Assembly: GCA_951406725.2 (NCBI GenBank) | Contig: OX597814.1 | Location: forward strand, 98,766,001 to 98,830,000 | Reading direction: 5' to 3' | DNA length: 64,000 bases | DNA from: Octopus vulgaris | Lineage: Eukaryota | Shown: piece by piece, positions 53,241-64,000 of the stretch | How positions within the stretch are numbered: position 1 is the stretch's first letter | Layout of the letters: the number at the start of each line of letters is the position of its first letter | The notes under the pieces: model-generated | The model's input: the letters and a program-made list of their open reading frames with translations, nothing else | The model's database searches: none | What the model was told of the DNA's origin: nothing | Translations under genes and position numbers: made by a program

Positions 53241-54084
53241 TGTTTTGTGATCGTGAGTGCACCAAACTACACTGTGCGTATGCTTACATTTTTGTGGATG
53301 CTTGTATGAGCGAGTGTGCGCGTGCCATCAACTTGCACGAGGGTGTTTATACATCTATATCTGTTAACCGTTATTATTTAATACTTTGCTCGCTGTATTG
53401 CGTATTGTAAGCGGTATGAAAAAAATTATCAGTTGCGAACCCTCCACGCAGCGCATTTGCAACTCATTTCATAGTACTACTGTCATGCGCAGTTACAACA
53501 TAAATACCAACATCTGAGTTCCCTTCTCTTAACAGAAATTCAAAGATTCATTGACGAACATATTACAACCATTAATCAATGAGCGAATTGTTTATTGTTC
53601 TTCCCTCTCTGCCTGTTTTATGCATCGCTTGTAGTTCTTCTCTGCCTTTCTTAAATAGGTTACCTTTTCTTATCTCTAAGCTAAACTGATTTTAAATCTT
53701 TGCTGTATTTCACCCCAGAAATCTCAAGTAAATACGTTCCCTTGATTCTTTTTTTTTAGTTTACTACCCGAATCATAGCATAGAGGAACATGATTTGTCA
53801 TGTAGTGGCAACCTACAAAGGTTTAAATTGAATGCCAACTGCAACATAGACAGATAAACAGATAAATAAACAGAAAATACATAGAGAAATAGTTGCATGT
53901 ACTACTAGACTTGAAACATCACTCCAAAAGGCATGCAGGTTTGACTTACATGCACTCGCGAGTACACATACGTTTGCATATGCACAAACACTCGCTCAAA
54001 AATGAGCATGTGGAGAGTGTAAAGGCTGTGAGTTAGGCTTTTCTTCAAAGAACTAAACACGTGTACACACGCACCTGTATTTTA

Positions 54085-54465
54085 TCTTTTATCTTTTACT
54101 TGTTTCCGTCATTAGACTGCGGCCATGCTGGGGCACCGTATTGGAAAATCCTTTTTTAGGCGAACGTATTGACCCAATACGTTTTTTAAAGCCTGGTAAT
54201 ATGTTATCGGTCTCTTTTCCCGAATTGCTTACTTACGGGGACGTTAACACACCAACACCGGTTGTAAAGCGGTAGTAGGGGACAACACAGACACAAAGAC
54301 ACAAGCACGCACAGATATACGACAGGCTTCTTTCAGTTTCCGCCCACTAAATCCACTGACACGGCTTTGATCGGGTAAAAGACACTTGCCCAAGGTGCTG
54401 CGCAGTGGGACTGAACCAGGAACCATGTGGTTGGGAAGTAAGCCTTTTAGCACACAGCCACGCCA
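54085..54465 (-). mobile_element. Diverged SINE family A
   Basis: Head ggcgtggctgtgtgc...ggttcagtcccactgcg and tail gtaaaagataaaagat. Confidence 0.82.
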
Positions 54466-54487
54466 GTGTTTAAAAATAAGCCGTCGA

Positions 54488-54560
54488 TGGTCCTGCTGGG
54501 GACGGAACCCAGGGCTTCTCGCGTGTAAAGCGAGCGTGACGGCCACTATACTACAGAACC
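54488..54560 (-). tRNA. tRNA-Val (anticodon TAC), probably a pseudogene or variant
   Basis: 73 nt: GGTTCTG TA GTATAGTGGCCGTCAC G CTCGC TT TAC AC GCGAG AAGCC CTGGG TTCCGTC CCCAG CAGGACC A. Acceptor, anticodon and T stems all pair. The T-loop lacks G57/A58 and the D stem has an A-C mismatch. A TTTTT Pol III terminator lies ~11 nt downstream. Confidence 0.85.
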
Positions 54561-54879
54561 TGACTATTTTATAATATATACTTTCACATATTGCGTGGTT
54601 GATGAAGGAGTACATTTGATTTTACAGAGTTTCAATGAGAGAAAATTGGAATACATGGCACAAATAGGCTATTGTCAAGGAGTATTATTCTAGGGTGTTA
54701 AAAAAGGATGAAAACTTACCCGTCTATCCACCTATCTAAATTCCTGCTTATCTGTCAATCTACATTCGTGTGTGCATGTGTGAGAGATGTACCCGTAGTT
54801 AAGTAGATTTGTATAGTTCTAGAAATGTATTTATATTCGAATTATTTAGCAATGTTATACACACATTCACACATACAAT

Positions 54880-55530
<651 letters not shown>

Positions 55531-55696
55531 CGCACATATATATGCAAGTGCGTGTGTATGCGTGTGTACGGGTATTTATATAAACACTTTTTCCCAAATT
55601 TAAGCATATGTTCAAAAGGCGAAATTTGCAGTGTCATATCCTTGAACTAATACACAATAACATTCACACACAAACACAGGCATTCCCTGAACATCG

Positions 55697-55770
<74 letters not shown>

Positions 55771-57051
55771 ATATATGTGTGTGTGTGTGTGTACATACAT
55801 ATATTTAATTTATTTTATTGTTTTCTGTTTTTCTTACCGAAGGAAAGAAAGTAGGTGTCTCAAGACTAATCCGTGTTAGATGTATTTAAAAAAACCCAAA
55901 AAAAACTTAAGTGAATGGTTAACATCAGTAAGAAACGCATGACGAGACAAGAAACATGTACCTAAGAACATCAAAGATTTAGCTGTCTGTCGTGATATTT
56001 GCCATATTTGGCTTAGGCCGCCCATCGTCCTTCCACTCTGTTCCCTGGTTGGCATCATCTGCCCATTTTCGATGCCACCTGCTTCTCTTCGCCGTTTCTA
56101 GGCTTACTCTTTACGATTATTTGTTTTTCTTATTCGTCTATTTATCTTACTTAAAGACCCGTTTTGCTTTTAATTTTCACCCCTTAATTACCTTCTCTTT
56201 TTTTCCCCTCTTTACCTTCTTTTCTTGTCCTTCTCTAACTTTTTCTTGTCTGTAACCTAGTAGTCGTACATACTGTCTTGAATGGATTCAACATTTTATG
56301 CTTCGTTGTTCACAAATGTATATTTAGTTTGAAACGACTTTATTTGTGTTTTTTTTTCAGAAGTGAGTGTCGGGGGAAGATTTTTCCCCATCTTCCGGTT
56401 GATAAATGGCGATTTTAACTGATGATACATTGTCTCCTTAATTGACGTCCCCTGTTTTACTGTCTCTCACTTGAGGAACTCACCATTATGTCTCAGTTAC
56501 AGAACTTATTGAATGAACACTGGTTTCTAATACGGGTAAAAGGCTACACATTTTGGGTGAGATAAAGTCGATAAAGTTGACTCCAGTATCTTAATAGGTA
56601 ATTTCATCTCTGGATGAATAAAATGTAAAGCTGGACTTCGTGAGATTTGAACTCAGAACATAAAGAGCGCAATCAACTACAGTAAAGTACTTTGTTAATG
56701 GCTTTCCATTTACTTTGTTATAATAATGATTTCTGGCACTTTTACAGTATTTTATTGAATAAATTAGGAAAGGACGAATAGCAAAATTAACTTTTGTGGG
56801 AATTGAGCGTGAAAAGAGATTACTAAATGTCGTAAGGTATTTTTTCCGTCGCTTTACAGATTCTATCGGTCAGCGACACTTATGAAATTTTAATTTGAGC
56901 TGTTTGTATAAATGTCTCATATTCAACATGTTTCGCGATCAGCATATTGAGATCAGTAAGTAAATATTCTGGATCTTTTCGGTTTGAACGGCAGTTTTTT
57001 AAAATAATTTCCACGTAACTAAACACTTTTAAACTTCGTATACTGGTAGAA

Positions 57052-59327
57052 TCTCTTATTATAAAAGGCAGATTTTATCTGCCTCCCTTTGTCAGTTATA
57101 GAAATCTACAATATAGGATTTCTTCAATTACAATTTACTTAGCATTTTTAAGAGTAGAATGCATCGGGTTTTGCCAGGTCCACTTTTTAAAATTTAAACT
57201 CCAATTAAGCAAAATTTACAGAAAACTCACATTCTGGTGTGTATGTCAAATGCTTTTCTTAATGTGGTTTACATCACACGCACACGCACACACATAGTGT
57301 GCAACGAATAAAATGAAAGTAATTCACCCTTTGTAGTGAGTGACTCTTTCAGTCTGCCACTTCCTCTTTACACACATAGACACGCAAATATATAAATAAA
57401 ATTGTAAGCTAACGTGCGTGTGTGTGAGTGTGTGTGTGCGTGTGTGTGTGTGTGAGGGTGCATGTGTGTGTGTGTGTGTGTGCGTGCGTGTGCGTGAGTG
57501 TGTGACAGGAAAGTTTTTTAGGACGAATATAAGACCTATATCGGCGATGTTTCGCTTGTCGTAGCACAGGTTTCCGTCGATTTCCGTAAAAAACTATTAT
57601 TTTTTTACATAAGTAATGAGAGCGAAAGAGACTAAGAGAAAGCGATTGTATGACGAGGGAAGTTTTTTTGAAGTTACCGTGCATGGGACGCATTGATGTA
57701 CATGTGTGTGTGTGTGTGTTTGATGGAGTGTGGGAGACAGACAGTATGTTGTGTAAGTGAAGTGCTTCTGTTAGTGTGTGTGAAGAGACAGAGAGAGTAA
57801 TGTGTGAAAGAGAGAGATAACTGAAATTTTTTACTCGGTTTATGTGTACATGTATGTATGCATGTATGTGTGTGTGTGTGTGTGTGTATGTATGTGTGTG
57901 TGTATGTATGTATGTATGTATGGCCGATTCAGTGTTTACATTTTTTACGGAAATCGACGGAAACGTGTGCTACGACAAGCGAAACATCGCCCCTATATCC
58001 AAGTAGCAGAAAGATCGCCCAAAAGTGTATATAGATATTTAAATGTATTTATATATTCATCTATACACAGATGTATGTATAATGTGTGTGTATATATTTC
58101 CATACACGTAACCATTCACTCCGCACAAAGTTTTTTAGGACGAAAATAAGATCTAAAGTTATCTCTAAGTAGCACAGAGATCGCCCAAAAGTGTATATAG
58201 ATATATAAATGTATTTATATATTCATCTATGCGCACATGTGTGTATAACGTGTGTGTATATATTTCCATAGAGGTAACCATTCACTCCATACAAAGTTTT
58301 TTAGCACGAAAATAAGATCTAAAGTTATCTCTAAGAAACAGAAAGATCGCCCAAAAGTGTATATAGATATTTAAATGTATTTATATATTCATCTATACAC
58401 ACATGTATGTATAATGTGCGTGTATATATTTCCATAGAGGTAACCATTCAATCCATACAAAGTTTTTTAGGACGAAAATATTTATATATAAAAGAAAGGT
58501 TGTGTGTCTGTTTACTCCGATTTAGATTCCTAACTACTCCCACATTTTGCGATGCAGTTTAACCAAAACCGGGTATCTTATAGTCGTGATTCATATCGAG
58601 CCCTTCTGGGTATTAGCGCGCGTCTACGATGAGTCTATGATTTTACAAATAATTTACCATAATTTTTTTTCCATTTTAATGCATATTTTTTAAAAATAAA
58701 CGGAAGTAACTCTCAAACTTCACACCAATATGCGTGCTCATATGCGACGTAATATCACATCAGCAGCATTTCCTCACACCCTCCTTGCACTTGGCGAAGG
58801 CAAAATACCAGGGGATGAAAATGGTAATATTGCCATCGATTCCATTTGTACCATTGTTAAGACGCCTTCCGATCTCAGAGATGCAGTGTTCCCAGATCTA
58901 CAAGCTAATTATCAGAATATGGATTGGATTGGCAAAAAGGCTATACTGGCCCCGAGGAATAAAACTGTTCACCATATTAATGATGAAATGCTAAAACTCA
59001 TTCCTGGGGAAGTCTATGTATATCAGTCTATCGATACAACTCCTGACCCAGAGGACGTCATCAACTATCCAATAGAGGTACTCAATTCCTTTGAGCACCC
59101 CGGACTACCACCACACTTTCTCAAACTTAAAGTTGGTGCCCCTATAATGCTCATCAGAAATTTGGTTCCCCCAAAACAATGCAATGGCACACGTTTGATC
59201 GTTAAGTCCTTATCTCCCACCGTAAGCTTATATCAATATTTGCCTGAATAATCATCATAATTCAGTGCAATCATTAACAGTACTTTCAAGCAATTCAGCC
59301 CCGAGCAACGCCGGGCAATTCTGCTAG
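57052..59327 (+). mobile_element. Internally deleted Helitron with Pif1-type helicase fragment
   Basis: A|TC 5' end, cccgagcaacgccggg hairpin, CTAG|T 3' end and no TSD. The empty site ctggtagaa/tgtgt matches the paralogous sequence at 33441-33455. Confidence 0.92.
58730..59251 (+). pseudogene. Helitron RepHel Pif1-family (SF1B) helicase fragment
   Basis: NMR...LL.LGEG; AILAP.N..V..IN...L..IPG....Y.SID; YP.E.LNS....GLPPH.L.LKVGAPIML.RNL.PP..CNGTRL.V..L. Confidence 0.9.
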
Positions 59328-59991
59328 TGTGTTTATAAAACATCTTTTTCTCCTGGCTTTATTGAGAAAATTCTATAGTTTGTTGTTTTTTTCTTCAATT
59401 TCTGCAATTTCAACCAATCAATGACGTCTATTGAGGTGAAAACATTCTGTGCCGCATGAATATGTCCCTCGTTTAAGAAACAGATTGGGTTTATTTACAT
59501 TTCTGAAGAAAAAAATATACCCTAACCCTAACTAACTCTAACTAACCCTAACCCTAAAACAGATTGAAATGCAATAGATCGATACTAGGGTCATAATTAT
59601 GGGTGACAATTTCATATGACACCGCAAGAAAAACTGCCATTCAAACCGAAAAGATCCAATATTCTTGTATTCTGAGTTACCATCTTATCAACAACGCACT
59701 GATATTAACGTCTTCCAATTTTTATTAATTTTTCATATTATTTCATGAATATTTTCGTTGCACCTCTGCAATCTCCTTAAATAAGCTCTCTATATTGAAC
59801 TGTTTTCTGTAAGATTTTGTTTATTGTTTGTTGTCAACGAGTTAGCAAAAAGAAATAGAATGAAAATTTAATAACCATTTGATAATGTAAAGGATCATCC
59901 CTTGTATTATCAATACGGTGGTACATCAGAGTACAAGAAAATTGACTCGTATAAACGTTATTAACGAAGAAATAAGCGGTATAAAGAAATG

Positions 59992-60408
59992 TTGGGTCAT
60001 CCCATAAATAATGTGGGTTTTTAAAAAATATTTTTGTATTTTGCAAAATTAAGATAAACGAAGTTCTTTTTTAACCTAAAATATACTCTCCTTCATTTTC
60101 TACTATGCTCTTCCATCTATCTAGTAGACTTGCAAGACCCCTCTTCCAAAATTCACTTGTCCGTGACGAAAAATACTCCTCCAGTACTGTTCTGGCCTCG
60201 TCTACAGAATTTATATTTTTTCCGTCCAAATAATTTTGAAGACTGTTAAAATCGAACTATACTCTTCAAAACTTGCACTAAGAATAAGGACAAGGTAAAA
60301 TTACTACCTGCTTTTATAGCAAGTTGATGTAGGTAATTTATCATGTTCATCTCCAACTTTTAGTTCATGTAATTGAAAAAAAACTGCATTATTTATGGGA
60401 TGATCCAA
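59992..60408 (-). mobile_element. Internally deleted mariner (MITE-like), same family as 49930-50480
   Basis: TIRs ttgggtcatcccataaataatg / cattatttatgggatgatccaa|TA. Shares actgttaaaatcgaact...ggtaaaattactacctgcttttatagcaa with 50406-50472. Confidence 0.82.
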
Positions 60409-60633
60409 TACTTAATATTTCGAGCATACTCCTTTATTCTCTTTGCCGCTTGTTATTTCAATGAAAAGACACTAGCAGACGATGACCACCCTTAGTTTTC
60501 TTGCATTCTGGTCATTCTGAATAGTCTAGAAGGTTATTATTGAAAAGTTGTAGTAGTCATTTCTCACTTAATTCTCGTCAGCGTGGTTGTTACTAGTATA
60601 AACTGTGATCAATTCGGTGTCGAATTCAGTTAA

Positions 60634-61070
60634 GGTGATGAGCTGACAGAACCGTTATAACGCCGGACGAAATTCGTAGCAGTATTTCGTCTGTCTTTAA
60701 GTTCTGAGTTCAAATTCCGCTGAGGTCGACTTTATTTCTCATATTTTGGGGGTCGATAAAATAAGCACTTGGATATATGTAATAGATTTACCTCACTCAC
60801 CCGAAATTTCGGGCCTTGTGCCAAAGTTTGAAACCATTATATTAATTCAGTTAAGATGGCGAGCCGCCAGAATCGTTACCGCACCGGGTAAAATGCTTAG
60901 CGCCATTTCGTTCGTCTTTGCGTTCTGAGTTCAAATATCACCAAGATTGACTCTACCTTTCTTCCTTTCGGGGGTCAATAAAATAAGTACCAGATGAGCA
61001 CTAGGGTCTATGTAATTAACTTCCTCTCTCCTCTAAATTTACTGGCCTTGTGCTAAGATTTGAAACCAAT
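60634..61070 (+). mobile_element. Two tandem SINE family B variants (tgtgccaaaatttgaaacc tail)
   Basis: Heads at ~60634 and ~60855, both preceded by ttcagttaag. Confidence 0.82.
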
Positions 61071-61174
61071 ATATTAAGTCAGTGATAGACTTTCATCCAG
61101 GATTGTGTAAATTCATCCACAAAAATCTGAGAGCGATTATATTTATGCTATCCATCACAATGTCCATCCCTTGC

Positions 61175-61452
61175 TGTAGTGTAGTGGCTTATGTGCATCG
61201 TTGACCCTGACAGTTATACCAGTGGAGTGCAAGACAGGTGAAATGCTAGAGGCCCGACTAAAGTGGATCACCTCCTCCCAGTAGGTTTGCGTAGGGGCAA
61301 CAACTCTACATAGAAAAAAGCTAAGTTGCAGAAGCATCGATGACAATTCAGAACCAACGAAACCCAAGAAAGGACAGCCTAGAGTCAAAAACAGTGGAGA
61401 AAAGTCGTCGATGGCCTAAACTCAATAGGGAGCGACCTGCTTAAGTAAGTAA
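61175..61452 (+). mobile_element. Short RTE-LINE derivative (5' UTR-like segment joined to 3' end with TAAG tail)
   Basis: The 5' part tggctt..gtgc.tcg.tgaccctga.ag.tat.cc...gac(t)aa...gatc..tcctcc...gcgt.ggg..aacaac.cta resembles recalled RTE 5' UTRs. The 3' part encodes QWRKVVDGL.S.GSD and ends ttaagtaagtaa. Confidence 0.55.
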
Positions 61453-63243
61453 ATACATTTATGTTATACGAGCCTGCTTTGTAAATAGAAAGTATGAAGC
61501 TCTCGGCAATGTCCTGTTCTTGTTTCTTTTGTTTCAATATCATAAATTCTAGAACGTCCGAATACGGATGCAGCTGCTTAAATATGAGTTTCGAACCCAA
61601 CACTGAAAATCAAGTTTGTGTGTAAAACGGTGTTATTAGGACTAAATCTTTTAACTGTTCGTCATTTGGTTCTTAATTTCTACCAGATAGACTAAAGCTT
61701 GATAATTTCTATGTTGTATCCAGCAAATATACCTTATTTTCTATGGAAAATAGGAGCCAAAGAGGAAGCTTTTGCAAAGTCGCAACCAAATGACTCTCAA
61801 GTCACACTCTACTGTCTTGAAAAAAAAGAAGAAAAATGAAGAATAAAGAAGGTAGCATTCGTTAGATAATAAAGTCCTAGATATATGATGATGTCTGAAT
61901 AACAGACGAGATGTTTACGGATAGATGTCTTTGATCATAGGCCAACTGGATAAGTATTCACCTCGGACTAAACATTTCTTTTACCGTTGGGAATAACCAA
62001 CACCTTATGTACTTCTCACAAAGCTGCAAGTCTTATTTTCATCTTACGATTCAACCAGTTATCAATTACTGTTTGTAGGTTAAATTAATTTGATTTAAAT
62101 ATTCATTGGTTTTTTAAATGTGAATGTTGCAATAGATGTAAGTGTTCGGTACGTCTATATATGTGGATGTCTCATGTTTCGTATGGAGCGCAAATCCAAT
62201 CCTATAAAGGCTTCTTATACGATTTAAATTTTATTTTCGCATATATATTGTAATGAATTTAAAATACCAGATTAAAAATATACAATATGATTATTGTTAG
62301 TATTATTTAATTTCAGGTCAGTCCTCATCGAGCAGAACTATGTACAAAGCCTTTCTAACATTTTCTAAGGTGTCCTTTACTTTTTATTTTAATTGCTGTC
62401 CTTGTGCCAAAATTTGAAATTAATATAGTAGAATGTGATTAGAGGAAAATTTAGCAGCTATTTTTAGCAGGTGGATCGACAAATTTCGATGGAAGTATTG
62501 GAGAAACTCTTACACCCAGATAAAATTTTGTGCACCGGCAAGATTTGGTATGGATTCAAATGTGAAGTTATTTGCGGATGAAATCTACAAAAAGCATGGC
62601 TGAAACCTTAAGACCAAAACAGTAATTCGATATAAGCTGTATTTCTATAAATTTGCAAAATTCATTATTTTTTCTAAACATGTAGGATACATCCCTGCAT
62701 GTTCTTGTACATATTTGAAATTTGTCCACGGAAATAAATGATGCCTTTCTCTGTTTTCGCAGTGGTGTCAATTGGAAAATAGGCAGAGGTCGAAGATATA
62801 TATATATTCTGACTTGCAGAACAAGATCAAGGACAAGAACAATTACAAAAACAATTACAACAGCAACTTTGTCAGAATATTGCCAAATCCTTAAATTATT
62901 AATGAAGCATATAGTCTAATTATTACTTAAAGTATAAATGAGACCGAAACTATTCTTCTTGTTATCTCTCTCCACATTCCACAAACAACAAAAATCCTAT
63001 GTTCCGTTTCCGCCAAGTTGTTCACCTACAGTTGGCCACTGTCCCCTCTTCCAGACCTAGTATGTAAAAAAAAAAATCCCCCCCGCCAAAAAACCCCCCC
63101 AAAACCGGGAGCTCTAAATGAACACATTGATGTATAATTCTATTAAACTGTAGGGTGTTATTTAGGGAAACTGATCAACTATTTCTATCAGAGCGAGTGA
63201 TCTGGCGAAAGCTCCTTCGATGGCTTGCTAATATTTCTTACGA

Positions 63244-63680
63244 AGGCAGCGAGCTGGCAGAATCGTTAGTACACCCGGCAAGAATTTCGTCCATCTTTAC
63301 GCATTGAGTTCAAATGCCATCGAGGTCGTCTTTGTTTTTCTTCCTTTCAGGATCGATAAAATAGGTACCAATTGAGCACTGGGGTCTATCTAATCGACAT
63401 CTCCTCCTTCCAAAATGGCTGGCTTTTTGGCAATATGTGAAACCAATATATTTTTTCTCATGAAGGTGGCGAACTGGCAGAATCGTTTGCACACCGGGCA
63501 AAATACTTAGCGGCATTTTGTTCGTTTCTACGTCTTGAGTTCAGATTCTACCGAGGTCGACTTTGTCTTTCATGCTTTTGGGGGTGATAAAATAAATTCC
63601 AGTGGAGCACTGGGGTCGATGTAATTGACTTAGCCCTTTTCCCCAAACTGCTGGCCTTGTGCCAAAAAGTGGAAACCAAA
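63244..63680 (+). mobile_element. Two tandem SINE family B copies
   Basis: Heads aaggcagcgagctggcagaatcgttag (63243) and aaggtggcgaactggcagaatcg (63463). Confidence 0.82.
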
Positions 63681-64000
63681 ATGTCTTCTCACGGAACAGC
63701 AACATACCTCCGAGTTTTTACATCATTGTAGACCATTTTAGCTATTTGACCGTCCTTTTACATGCTAAACAGCTTTAGCTAAAAGAGAAAAACAACCATC
63801 CATAGATTCGGTCAGAGACAGACCACAAATGATTCTCAGAAAAATCATAACCACCCTCCACAAAAAAAAAAACAAAGATTCAAAATAGAGTGGAAAAAAA
63901 AAACTAAATAAACTAACCAGCCAACCAACCAACCAACCAACCAACCAACCAACCAAACAAAAAAACAAATGTTCTTCTAGTTAGAACAATCCGTTGATCA

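Larger units (their letters stand above)
56971..59657. mobile_element. Non-autonomous TIR DNA transposon (GG termini, 8-bp TSD; Merlin-like), split by a Helitron
   Basis: TIRs ggatcttttcggtttgaacggcagtttt / aaaactgccattcaaaccgaaaagatcc. TSD aatattct at 56963-56970 and 59658-59665. Confidence 0.85.

Noticed and set aside
62470-62600. Possible exon after tttttagcag
   Set aside because: It has no convincing donor or recognisable peptide, a stop follows soon after, and the acceptor-like motif lies in repeat-like sequence.

Overview
AT-rich eukaryotic genomic DNA, most likely a cephalopod (Octopus-like). The taxon is inferred from recalled SINE families and the extreme microsatellite load, not from a database search. 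The first ~14 kb hold four or five phase-compatible 3' exons of a + strand CCDC63/ODAD1(CCDC114)-family coiled-coil gene (outer dynein arm docking complex). The rest is repeat-dominated. It contains two abundant tRNA-derived SINE families plus a MetaSINE-like copy; CR1, R4/Dong, L1/Tx1 and RTE LINE remnants; a full-length Tc1 (DD34E, ~210-bp TIRs); mariner, pogo/Tigger and hAT relics; two Helitrons, one nested in a GG-terminal TIR element that carries telomere-like hexamers; a tRNA-Val(TAC)-like gene; and a 1.4-kb A/T-run fold-back satellite. The most notable signal is a dense set of about ten hammerhead-ribozyme (HHR) motifs in Penelope-like (PLE) non-coding units. These include a 643-bp spacer-less palindrome with an intact HHR core in each arm (36351-36993) and a ~320-bp terminally redundant unit with one canonical HHR (30991-31385) resembling a circRNA-forming retrozyme. 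All structure assignments were made by eye and need computational and biochemical confirmation.
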